Assembly (NCBI RefSeq): GCF_964355755.1
Contig: NC_092679.1
Coordinates: forward strand, 11,205,432 to 11,269,431
Direction of reading: 5' to 3'
Origin: Antedon mediterranea
Lineage: Eukaryota > Animalia > Echinodermata
Length of the DNA: 64,000 bases
Positions 13,130-25,561 of this stretch are shown here, piece after piece. Under the pieces are notes generated by a model. It was not told the origin of the DNA. It saw nothing but the letters and a program-made list of their open reading frames with translations, and did not search any database. Both the position numbers and the translations under genes were made by a program. Each line of letters opens with the position of its first letter. The first letter of the stretch is position 1.

Positions 13130-14324
13130 ATATAGGATGGAAGTCTGAGGTTGTCATATGTACCTGTAGGCCTCTACTTCTGTATTTAAGCATTTTATTG
13201 GAATATTGTTGAACATTATTTTTGGGCAAGTACAGTACTAAGTTATAAAATGTGGGCCGGTTGTCGGTTGCAAGTATCCGATAAAATAATATTAATATTT
13301 AATAACTAAAAACATTTACTCACATTTACATGTCACTGTCTTATTAAATCATCTCTCAATATACATTTCGAACTAAGCACGCACCGTGATTTACAATGAA
13401 TTATTTACATTTTTATACCTGGAATCACTCACGGTCAATTTAGTCAGTATAGGTGCATGTTTCAATTGTATTATGTGAAAAGTAACTTAAAATCGCATTT
13501 TAGTTGAATATTTTACCTTCAATGCACAGGGAATGCAGCAATTTATTATTTTTTCATTTTTTTAGTTAAAAAGATAACTTTACATAAAAGACATAACAAT
13601 GATGGTGAGTAATGAAAAATCAAAATTACACTTATATTTGACATACTTTTTAACTAGAAATGGATATGCAATATTTTCCCTTTATTATATATAAACCAAT
13701 ATTTATTCTGTGCGATGGTAAATTTCCCGGTTGGCAATTGTCCTATGGTAAAGGATTGGGCGGCAAACGGCGACAGGTCGCAAAGAGACAATTGGCAATC
13801 ACGACAAATAGCAACAGAACAGGTAACAAAAGGCCAGATGGTGAATAGCCAAGTGGCAAATGGTTAATACTGGAAGCAGTAGAATTGTATAAAATGCAAA
13901 ATCTACAAGTGACATGCTTGGCTTCTTGACCCTTAAGTGTGTTACTGTAACCCGCTCTATATAATAAATAAGTGTCCTCTGATTTTCTTTTAAAAAAGTG
14001 CTTTGTGATAATATTATATATTTTAATACCTAGAGCGAACTTACACGCACTGGAGCAGTGTCTCATAAGGCAAAGTTCTATCCTACTTCAAGAAGTTCTT
14101 AACAGGTGAAGAAAAAAAAAAGTTACCAGGTAAGAACACAATCATAAAATAGAGCAACAAATAATCACTGATAAACAATTTACAATTATCAAATTATTTG
14201 CAAATATAATTTGGTATCTGTTAGCTAATTTTGAAACTTGGTATATGTAATGATGCCCTAAATTGGTTTACTCCATATCTAAGTTATAGATCACAAGTTG
14301 TAAATGTAAATAGTTCAATTTCTG

Positions 14325-16040
14325 ATTTAACTGAGAAATTGACATTGGAATTCCACAGGGCTCTATTTTAGGTCCTTTGTTATTTATTATATATGTAAAT
14401 TCTCTTCCTGATGCTGTTGATTGTAAATGTGTTATGTACGCTGATGATACCACTCTATTATGTAGCTCCTCAAATAAAATCCTATAACTCTGCAAAACAA
14501 TCTAAACTCAAATTTTTGTAAAATATCAAAATGGTTAGATAACAACAGATTGACTTTGAATGTTAAAAAAACTAAACTTATGGTATTTGGTACTAGTCAC
14601 TTACTAAATAACTTCCAAAATATTTCACTTGATGATAATGGAACTAACATTGAAAGAGTGGAATCATTTAAGTACTTAGGTGTTATATTTGATCCTAAAT
14701 TGACATGGAAGGATCAAATAAATAGTGTATCATCAAAGGTTTCTAAACGAATAGGGGTAATACGGCTATTATGCTGGCAAATTCTCTTGTAATGCCATTG
14801 TTTGACTATTGTAGTGCTGTATGGACTAATTGTACAAAAGAAACTTTAAAGACCCCTTCCCTGCAATTTTGGACGTTTTTTGGAAAATAATACATATATA
14901 TCACTTTAAAAACATTAAACCATGTCATTCCTTGTCTTAAATGTACGTTTTATGGTAAATTATGATAAAAAGTGAGAAACAATGCACTACCTAAGTAGCT
15001 CGCGGCGATCGACCTCTCGTGGACGGTCTTAGGCCTAGCCTAGCTAGGCTTAGTTTTGTAGGCCTAGCTGGTAAACATCGATAACGTACGAACATCGTAC
15101 GCTAGCTATATACCTGGCCTGACGTTGTATAGTTGCTGCATTAATTGTCTTTCTATTTTTGCCAGACTCCGTTGATACAAATTGGGGAAAACCTGTTATT
15201 TTCGCTGAAAAGTTAGGAGTCTTCCATTTGTTTTGGCTTCACGATCGATCGAAAAGTGGGCGAATTACAGGTGAAAAACAAAAATATCAATCCGCGCGCA
15301 ATGCATTTTGGGATTTATAGCGGGCCTCTATAATTATTAGAATCGATTTATTTTTCACATTTTTAACCGTTTAAAGACGAAAAAAGTTATCGCAATAGGA
15401 CCATATAGTATTATTTTTACATTAAATATAGTTTGTGATCTTAAAATAGATCTAAAAAACGTAGGGAATGGGGCTTTAAATACACTTCAAATATTATTCA
15501 ATTAGGTGGAGTTCTGTTATCCGCAGATATATATACACCGATAAACGATATTTTTAAAACACTTAATTGGGTTACACTAAATGAAAGATGGAGGGAACAT
15601 CTACTACTTACAACTTTCAAATGCATTAATGGCCATTCACCATCATATTTATCCTCAATGTTTAAGTTTAATGACTCCCTCCACCCCAAATGCACCCATA
15701 GCCAAATTTGTAAAACATTAATTACACCAAATTGGAAAAATGCTCAAGGTAAAAGAACCTTCACCAACTGAAACTAGAACAAAAGTAACTGGGAAACATA
15801 TTTATAAACTAAAAAATATAGCAACTTTTATGTCATCCAAGTGATCCTACATTTTTTTTTTTATATATTTTATTTTTTATATTTTATTTGTTTTTAACTG
15901 TTCTGTATATATCTTTTAAATTAGGCCTACTGTGTATTTATGTTAATTTTTGTTTACTTTTGGAAAGCAGTACTGCGTTACTGAAAATGCAATCCAGTCA
16001 AAAGAAAGAATAAATAAAAAATAATAAATAATAATAATAA
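14325..16040 (+). mobile_element. 5'-truncated CR1/L2-group LINE (RT fragment) in the last intron of the YR gene
   Basis: [35 protein letters not shown] motifs; (TAA)n/A-rich tail at about 16010-16040. Confidence 0.85.
14850..15475. mobile_element. Kolobok-type MITE with TTAA TSD inside the LINE
   Basis: TTAA|AGACCCCTTCCCT...AGGGAATGGGGCT|TTAA. The LINE frame WTNCTKETL|NTLQILF rejoins on removal. Confidence 0.8.
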
Positions 16041-16614
16041 ATTTAATCACTTCCATAGAAAAAAAATGAACTAAAATAAATTACATTTTTTCAGGTAACT
16101 ATTTTTTCTTTTTTGACTCCAAGTGGATAACTATTATTATTATTATTATCAAAATGGCATATTCAACCGAAAGAGATGATAAAATGATTGCATTTTTGTT
16201 TTTCTAATTTTGCAGGCAAGAAAGAGGTAGCAAAGTTTTTGACATTGAATCCTGGATTCCCAATCCAAAATTGGATAGTAATAAAAACAAAGGTAATGAA
16301 TGAAAAGATGATGCGGGATAAGGCAGCCAAACGATTGGTGGAGGGCAAGTTTCAATGTTAACAATTTTAAAAGGTTTGAAAAATGATAAACAATTGTTTG
16401 AAAAATTGATATAACATTACAGTATGTAAACATTCTGATTTTTTCTGCTGGTTGATATACTTGTTAGGTTATATGCATTATCATGCATATAACCTTATTG
16501 ATTTTGTCAGGATCTTTTATGCATTTCCTTAACTGTATAGAAAATATTTATATTGTGAATATATTGGACATTATTTCTTTAAGTTAAGTCATTATACTCG
16601 GGTTTCTTTCTTAA

Positions 16615-17303
16615 GGGTTTCTTAAGAATCTTGTACGATTACAGAGAAAATTATAGACCGTTCGCAAAATAAGCAAATGGAAATGGGCAATCATCTTGCC
16701 CGCCATCAGGTCTGCTGCTGTGACATGATTGATGTCGCGAAGGCCAGCGATACACGGTAAACTATCCACCAATTTGATCGTCACAATCGTCACGGGATGT
16801 TTTTCTCATTAACACACCCATTCGCGCACACACTGTATTTAACTACCGGGGAATTAACCGGTACTAGCATGGATAATTGTTGTGCTTGAACACACCCTAA
16901 CATTGTACAGTACCATCGCTTTGTTTGGTCATTAATCATGTTTATTAATGGTTCTACCAGATATTCGTCGTCATGGCAACGGCAACTCGGTAGCGTATCT
17001 ACTAGAATTATGGGGAGATGGATCATGTACAGAGGCAGTTGGATGGAACACAACGGAACGGCAACATTTACACAAACATCGCCGAAAGAATTACTGACTG
17101 GTTTGGTGTTGCTGTTGTCGTCACACAGGTGACAAACAAACTGAAGTGTGTACATCGTGAGTACACAAAGGCAAGGGACAAAAACAACCTGACGGGAAGG
17201 GGAAAAATGACATGACGTTGACAGGATACAAGAGATCTACACAATCCTGCATTTGTACTTGACAACAATCGTCCTAATCCTAGGCCAGTTGAAGTAAATG
17301 AAG
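16615..17303 (+). pseudogene. Myb/SANT (trihelix, Myb_DNA-bind_4-like) fragment, probably a Harbinger accessory gene
   Basis: YLLELWGD / VQRQLDGTQRNGNIYTNIAERI...TQVTNKLKCVHREYTKARDKNNLTGRG (frameshifted). TAA|GGGTTTCTTAAGAA at 16612 is a possible terminus. Confidence 0.6.
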
Positions 17304-20083
17304 GTAAGCGTTGCCATGTAGCATCAGCAGGGCTTTAGACCCACCTAGCCTACTAGCCTCCTATTAGGATAGGAAAAAAAAATAATTTGTTTGCCCTACG
17401 CGCCCGCCCCTAAATCGCCAAAATCGAGGGGCGGAGTTTTTTAAAAAGTTTTTTTTTTTTGGAATTTTTTTTAAATGAATTTCGATATAGGCTAGTTTTA
17501 GAGCTAAAGTTAAAGAGGCTGTATGCGCCAGGCCTAAGCCTAGGTAGGCCTACTAGTAGTTAGTACTAGACCTATTAGTAGGCCCAATACCCAGTAGGCC
17601 TATACTATTGTTACTAAGAAAATATACACATTCATCGTTTAAATATCCACAAACAAAGCATAACACATTAATATAACAATTTCCGTTTTTAACTCCAATG
17701 TTTTATTTACCTACGAACAACGTTGCGCCTACTTTGCATTGCCAATTGATTGTATTGAGCGAACATAGAGAAAAGCGCCGTATCTTTTTAACGAAAATAG
17801 CCGAGTCAACTACGCCCTCTATCTATTTTATGTTGAAACTTCAACGCTTGTTTTTAGAATTACCGCAAAATTAAATGTGTGGTTTTATTTTTATCTATGA
17901 CGCTTGGTTGCGCATGCGTATACGGCTAAATAACTCCTCGTGAAACGATGTGGTAAGTTCCATCTTGTGGTAAATTTTTCAAGATGTCTATCGTCACTAA
18001 AGCGTCATTGGTGCGTCAAACGGTTGTTCTTAACCAATAGTTTTTTAGATGCATTTGACAAAACAAAATGCGAAGGAGATGGAAGTCTTTCAAAGGTGCA
18101 ACTTTCTAAAAAATAGGATGGCCCCTGGCTTGACATTGAGATGCATGAGCTGGTGGAGATGTTGCCCGAGTTAGATATGCGGCATGTTAACTTTTTATGC
18201 ATTGAGTCTAGTCCCAACACAAACAAAAGCGCTTTTGATGTTCTTTTTGATGTTTTAAGATTAGGGATAACGATGCAAAATTAAAAGTTGTTATTTTTCA
18301 ACCAATTTAAACATTAGATGTTAGTATTTTGTTTCAATATTCCAATAAAGAAAGAATTACGAAAATCTGACTTGTAGTTTTCGAAATATAAGGTCTAAAA
18401 CATCTCCGAAAATGATCGTTTTTGGCCACGAACGTTGTAAACAAATTGCGCCCTCAGTCGACAATTGTATAAGCCACACCGTTTTTCGCTAAAATAATTA
18501 CAAATAATTACGTTTTATAGTAATTTATTTTATATATCAACATTGGAAATATCAATAAAATATGTTATTAAATGTTTACAAAATATATAAAGTTGTTTAT
18601 TTAACGGAGTTCGTACAAATTCATTGCTCTAAATTTGTGTAGTAACATCAGTACAGACAGACCATGTGACTTCGCGGTACACGCGAGAGAAAACATTCCG
18701 CTGTGGGTGATTCGCGTCCACCAATCAAATAGCCAGGATCCAAAATCATTCAACCGTGAGCTCTGCCGATCGCGGGAAATCTCAGCTTTGATTGGCTTAC
18801 GATGACATCATATCACAAAATGGTGGTTTTGTAGTTGAGCCTCACGTAATTTTCACAATTTTATTTTAAAAATGAAATAAATGGACCTGCTTTATGGTAT
18901 GTGTGATTTTTCTCTAAAAGATTTAAATAATAAAGGCTTCATATAGAGAAAAAACCGTTTTTTTGGCACTTATAATAAATATTTCTCAGAGAAAAAAGCA
19001 CATGGCATGTAGAACTATATTATCTTGGCGTAGGAAGACAAACAAATCCCAGGTCATGAGAGGCTCAACTACAAAAACAAGGTTGAATAGGGTTAGGTCA
19101 CTGGACCGTTCGAAGGTTTTTGAGTAAACAATCTACCGCGTATGGTCGTACGCGCTAGACAGTACGATATTTTAACCACATTTTTTACATGTTTGGTTGA
19201 ATGTAATGACGATAAAAAATAGTTGATCTTATGGAATGATATGTAAATAAATAAATACTCAAAAGAATTATGTTTACAGTTCAATTATTTTCATAAAAAT
19301 TGTGTTTACCAATGGACAAATAATCGCGTCAATGACATAGCGCGCATGGTAACGTACGCGGAGTTGAATCGTGGCAATAACAATGGAGTCAACTCTCGGT
19401 AACCCTACTTATTAAGATGCAGATATTTTCCACCAAGAAGGACCAAAATAGTAAGTTTATTAAATTGTTTGCCGATTGTTTTTGTTTTACTGTAAACTTT
19501 TATTTTACTAGAATACCTTCAGTTACCAGTGTCAATGAACAACAAAATCATGATTCTGAACATCAAAATAAATATATCTCATCTTTAATTGTAAAACAGG
19601 TGTTATGATCTTTACATGCCTAGGCCCTACAGTTACTACTCAGCTACTGTAATATTTATTTTTTTATTTTCAAAGATCTTAACAATAAAGATATTAATGA
19701 CATGGAGAAAAGAGGTATAGAACGCTGAAAAAGATGGATCATATATTGTAATGGTTGGTATTCACTGTATTTAGTTTGAATAAAACAAGACTTTTATTAA
19801 ATCAATGCTTAACAGGCCTAAACTTATGGATACTAAATGCGAAAATGTTTTTGTTCTATGTTTTAAAAAGAGTAACTTCATATTCAATGATAACGCTCAT
19901 TTTTGTTTCTTCAGACTCTTACAAATGCACTCTGGCATATAACACTTCCAAAGAGTTAGATTGGCAGATAAGATAGTAAATTTAGTTATTAATAATATTT
20001 TAAAAAGCAACAAATCTAACCTACTTGCCTACTTGGACTAAAGTCAAAAGTTGTATTTGATCAATATTTTGTTTAGTATTACA

Positions 20084-21262
20084 GATGAGGATCATGGAAC
20101 CAATTAAAGAAGAGGACATTAAAGCCCTTCAAGAAGTTGCAATTGATCCAACCATCGATACCAGCAAGTTGCAAACCAAACATCTTGCCAAATGCAAAAA
20201 CGCATGTTCAATGTAGAACCAGGTAAGTTAAAGTGGTGCAATTTTTGTCCAGCTCGCACATACTTTCTTTAAATAAAAGGATGCGAGTGCAAGGACAAAT
20301 TTGAAACATATATCAATTTGTTTTGCCCTATGTGCAGTACCGTAAATAAACTTTTTGAAAAAGACTTTGTTTTTGGTAAAGTGAAAGTACTGTAGTGTAA
20401 ACCAATGATTTCTTTATTTCTCAACATACTCTAGATTAGAAAATGTAATGATCTGCTGTGGCCCACACAGATCCTCACCTGAATTACAATGGCTATCAGA
20501 TCCAAAGATAGATGGAAGTGGAGACCACGAGAGATATAAAGATGTTGTTGGCTCCAGTACGACTGATGAGTTGAGACCCTCAAATCAACTGTATAAAGGA
20601 AAAGTCAATGAAGAAGAGCAAGTAAGCAATGACCATTTGAATAAATATGCTATCACTATCAGTTTTAGAATATATAGACTGTGTGGTATTAGTATTTAAT
20701 ATTAATCTTTTCTTTTCACTTAAGGGATGTTCTACAAGCATTCTGGCCAACGAGCTAAAGGGTATGTGAGGTGCAAGGAATGCAATAAACCAAGAGTGAT
20801 CTATGCATTAGAACCAAAGAGAACAAGCATTAGGGAGATGATCGATCTGGAATCATGCATGGACCAGTATGATTATATGTGCGGATCTCAACTCATACCA
20901 GCTGCACATCCTCTTTTCAAGAAGAAAATTACATTATATTTTATTTTAATATTTTGAATTAAACAACATAACTTGTACTTATTTAGTTCCTACTGGCAAA
21001 CTTCACTTAATGTCAATATATTCTGTGTGACTATACTTGACCTGTAAAATTTAACAAATTCTCTTTACAGGTGTTTGTGAGAATGGGTGTGACATGTTCA
21101 AATCATGTAGAATTTGCATACTACTCTGTGGTATAGGACCACATGATGTCTGCTGTTTTTGTGGAGAAAGTGATGCAACCCGCCCACAGAACCTACTAGT
21201 TGACTACAAAGTAGTTTTGCCTGTTTGTGCTGCATGTGCTCATCTGTTTTGTACTGTATTGT
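20084..21262 (+). pseudogene. Cys-rich C-terminal exons of a Zator-like DNA transposase
   Basis: Exons encoding IRKCND.CCGPH, WLSDP, TTDELRPS, VRCKECNKPRVIYA, YMCGSQL, CSNHVEFAYY, CCFCG, LPVCAAC. The family name is from recall. Confidence 0.6.
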
Positions 21263-21660
21263 GAAAAATAAATACTTTAATACATTCTAAAAATGGTGTG
21301 TAGTAGTTTTATTCTGTATCTTGTTACTAAACCTTAAAAATTCGGATAAATACACAGAAAAATAGCGAGATATAAATATCAGTAACATTAAAAAAAAAAA
21401 GAGAAAAAAAGGCAGTCAAGCGTTGTGTTTCCAAACACGAAGATCTTCGTTTTTGGCAGTCAAAGTGTTAACCTTTAAATATAGGCCTAGGTGTGCTAGC
21501 AATAGCAGTGAATACATTTTACATTTATAAATTATATTGCCATTGCTGTCAGAATTTTTGAAAACATGCAGGCTATTAGGTATTAATATTATTTTGATAA
21601 AATTAATAGATGCCAGGCTGGTTGTACTGTTATAATATTGTTAATATTAATTACATATTA

Positions 21661-22566
21661 GGCCAAATAAAATTTATAACCAGTTTATCGTCCCCACCCG
21701 CGCCTAGTTTTTGCGCCGCATCAATTTTTATTTTATTTTTTATGTTAGAATTATTTGACTGGAATTTATATTTACAAAATGTTTACCTTTCCGTAAATCG
21801 TAATCCAAATACTGTAGGCCTAGATACCGTACGAGTACAGCCCACACATCGTAACTAGGCTCGGGTCAAATAAGGTCAACCTTACTTAGACATGCAGCAG
21901 CCGTTTTGCAGTATGCAACATGTGTGACTAATTAGTATGACATCCGTACATCCGGAACAGCGAGGCCCGACCGACTTGACATTGCGCAGTTTTGTTTCCG
22001 CGGTATACAGAGAATCTTTATTATTCGTTGATTTTTTACTTACTCGTTGTTGAACTACGATAAAATGGGGGTATTTGTTTGTGTTTTGATTCGCAAGAGG
22101 AATAAAGATATAAAGCCATGGTTTGCAAGGACAGTAATTGATAGCAGTACTACCTTTCGTCAGATATTTATTGACTTTGCAAGTGGTGAATTTGACGGCG
22201 GAGTGGCGGGTGATCTTGCAGAATTCAAGAAAGATCATATGAGTATTCGGCCGAGTTGGCCACCTACCACGGCGGTAGGCCCTACCCTTCACACATATAC
22301 AACGTACGTAGGCCTAGACTACACTGTGTAAATACACTACTACTATTACTGGCATAAAATCTGGTGTGTTGCGAGAAGTGTATAGGGATTTAACAGGTGA
22401 CAGCCCCAAGGCAGACAGTTTATCAGAAAAAGAAGTAGATGATCGTGTAAAGCAGATGTTTGATGAGGAGGACCCAGAGTTGGAATGGGATCGGAGATTT
22501 CTAAATAAGAAGCCACTTCAGTACACAAAATTCATGGAAAAATCTAAACATTACATCAAGTCTACA
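21661..22566 (+). mobile_element. Left end and N-terminal transposase fragment of a Zator-like element
   Basis: TTA|GGCCAAATAAAA terminus. ORFs 22047-22331 and 22366: VLREVYRDLTGDS...EVDDRVKQMFDEEDPEL.WD.RFLN. Truncated at the junction with Kolobok sequence. Confidence 0.6.
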
Positions 22567-22568
22567 GT

Positions 22569-25251
22569 CTGGTCAACCACTTTGCCTCTAAGATGTACCA
22601 TTTTGGGTATGCTGGTATAAAGAGCAGGTGTGTAGATCTAATAATAAACAATAGCTCCTCACCAGACTGAGTTTAATGTCCATTAAACCTGCTCATGTAA
22701 GAACATCTTCATTACTAATAAAGTAATCCCACTTGATGTTCATTATCATTCGCAAATGACTCTGTTGAATTATCCATAGTTTGCGGATCTGATGGCCGCA
22801 CAATGTCCACGCTTTACTATCAAACAATGGAATCAGACACTGCTTGTACACCTTTACATTTGCTCAAAATAATACACAACCAGAGCAGATATTCAAGAAG
22901 CTATGAAAATGATATTATATAGGAAGTGGAATGCTCTGAGGTTTAGATGCATTGTAATTGGGTGGGTTTAGAATTTAACTTAAATATAGGTCCAGATTTT
23001 ATTATTAATTTATTTTTATTTAGGCTTATTTTGGCAGTTATGCATTATAATGAAAACTCTGAGCCACCACTAAAGACGGTAAACTGCGGTATGCCCAAGG
23101 CTAAGCAAGGAGCGCATACTGTTAAGAAAGTGATGCAAGAATGCACATTTGGTAAGAATTTTAAAATAAAGCGTGTGCACAAGCCAACTGTAATAATTTG
23201 TAAGTTACATGACAGATTGCACTATATTCTCTATTGACTTGAACAATAATTGAACCATTTGAAAAGTCAAATTATACATTATAGGTAAATCTTATTGCAC
23301 TTTTACAAATGATTTTGTTCTTACGGTACAGTATTATTATTTTTCAGGGTACCGTAAAACCTCGAAAAGAAGCCCATGGGCTTCTTTTCGAGGTTTTACG
23401 GTATGTGGATAACCTCATGTTGGAGGTAATGTGCATTGTTGAAGAGACAGCAGAAGATGTTGATGTTGTTGACGCGCCACCCCAACTCTGTTCAGGATTT
23501 GAACGCCCCGATAAAGAGACTGCCATTGCCAACCACTTCACAAGATTTCCAAATGTGAACAACTAAGGCTAAATTATGCAGTAAATAAATCAGCAGCCAG
23601 AAAGTCCACTGATCAACTGCAAATAAGTATAATACATACTCCAAGAAATGAGATACATTCCAAAAATATTTACTTGTGTGCATAATTTTTGAATAAATTG
23701 TGTCAGAAAAATGTATATTTTATTTCTATTTGATCATTTTATTTCTATCAGATACAGTGTACAATACTTTCCTTTATGAAGTACAGTAAATAATTGTATG
23801 TGGTTAATTGTAATCTCAATATAAGTTGGTGCTAAATGTTTACTCAATCCAAAAATCCAGCAAACTGGAAATCATCTTCCATAGCTGGTGGTGGGAAGTG
23901 GGCTCTTATGCAGGATACTGCACATGATGGTAAGACTACCCTTAAGTTTCGGCCCAAAAACCCCCCAACACCATCTGGCGAGTTGCCGGTAGGCAATATG
24001 TCTTCAACAGGTGCATCGTACTGTTGGCGGTAATGCAGCCATGCAATTTCCAACACATGCAAATTCAAACAGGTAGCAGTGAATCCAGGATGTTCAGTGA
24101 TGCATGTGTAGGCTTCTCCACTGTCTGACCTTCCTCCAGCCTATGATTAATAGGGCCTACTTCCTGGCAACATCGACATTCGCGATACGTGGGTAGCATC
24201 TGGCAATGGCCACAATCACACCTGTATTATAAAAACAAAAATATTTTGTAATAATATTGTAGCGCTCTGAGATTTCATAATTTATAGGGCGCTATATTAA
24301 ATATTTTTAAAATAAATCTGCATCTTGGCTATCTATCTAGCCTAGGCTAGGCCTATTCCAAAGTGCAAATTTGTTAAATAAAATGGTCAGTCTAATACCG
24401 TAATGTACATGTTTGCTTTCTACGATTCAATTCAATCTTTATTTCGTTAAAAAAATTCAATCTGGGCCCTAGGCTTATAGGCCTAGACGATAGCCGACCG
24501 TCGCCGGTGAGAGGGCTAGGCCTAGGCCTAGCCGCATGAATTGGAGTAGGCCTAACTAAGCCACAATACACACTGGCATGACGGAAAAATATTGTAGTTA
24601 TCTGCTAGGGAATTGTTAATTATACAATAAAGTTATACTTTAATTTTTAATAGAAGAGATAGTACAACTAACCAATTTAATAACTCGGTTCAGAGTTGAA
24701 TATTCTCTGCTTGTTGTAATGGTGGTAGGTGACGGTCACAGTCGCCATCTTCTGATGATGAAGAATCGTCAGAACTACAATCGGGCTCGTACATGTACGG
24801 CCGAATTTCATCGGCATTCCATTCAATATTTCGATTGAAAATAGTTTCTCCTTCATTCTCCTCGGTTTCGCATTCCACTACAAATGTTTCTTCTTCTAAT
24901 TCTTCTGACGAAGAACTGTCAAAATCATAAACGATACGTGTTGACATCCTAGAGCTAGTACTGATTGCATTTCCTGTTGACGCCTCACGCTTGGCTTTCT
25001 GCTTGATTGTCGCAGTTCTCCTCTCTACGTCACGACAATTTGCCTAGCTTCGGGAATGCTTCGTGGCGAATTCATAGTACAGCGTTTTATACCAAAATAT
25101 TACTAAATTAAAGTTAATTTGGGTTTATCATGAACCTATGACTGTTAATTATGTATTGTGCCTCATATGTTTGGTTTGGTCAATACCATGTTCGTTTATC
25201 TTTAATAAGGCTGATTTCCACTGTAAAAAAAAAAATTCTTTAAATGCCACC
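22569..25251. mobile_element. Right part of a Kolobok transposon (transposase C-terminus plus convergent accessory gene)
   Basis: Plus-strand exons LVNHFASKMYHFGYAGIKSR | LILAVMHYNEN...PKAKQG | YVDNLM...PPQLCSGFERPDKETAIANHFTRF. Terminus ATGCCACC|TTAA at 25251. Confidence 0.75.
23844..24947 (-). pseudogene. Kolobok accessory protein (P2X7 C-terminal-like Cys-rich domain)
   Basis: Acidic N-terminus with IRPYMYEP, then CDCGHCQMLPTYRECRCCQE, CITEHPGF..TCLN..VLEIAW, RVVLPSCAVSCIRAHFP. Confidence 0.8.
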
Positions 25252-25561
25252 TTAATGCTTTATTAGCAATACATACCAAAGATTTAAAGTAATAAAAATT
25301 ATATTTTGTAAATTAAACCAAATTATATTTTTAAAATAATTAAGTTACTGGCTTATGATTTTATGCTAATATACAGTGGAAATACTAATAGCTTTTATTG
25401 TTGTTGTTTATACTGTATTCACTTTTGTAAACTTTTTCCATACCTCGATTAGCAACATTTTGGAAAAAGTATTGTATTGTCTGAAAAAGCTTGCCAACTC
25501 CGATGATTCCTGTTATTTCAATTTGTATATTTTTTTTTAAAGTTATGAGTCATTTTATAAA

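Larger units (their letters stand above)
4811..16361 (+). pseudogene. Multi-exon tyrosine recombinase (Crypton-like) gene, disrupted
   Basis: Phase-compatible exons: 4811-4906, 5164-5281, nine 48-nt microexons 5553-8149, 8915-10512, 10806-10844, 11022-11072, 12145-12168, 13566-13604, 14034-14129, 16216-16361 (stop TAA). YR motifs: RLTLYNARRGGEPSRL (catalytic R), ITATKNRH, HLGH..NVHIY (H, Y). Lesions: acceptor reads AA instead of AG at 8913-14, frameshift near 9880-9920, in-frame TAA in exon 14034. Confidence 0.8.

Noticed and set aside
23844-24947. Host P2X7 purinoceptor gene
   Set aside because: Only the Cys-rich C-terminal-like domain is present, convergent with a Kolobok transposase. No channel domains are seen.
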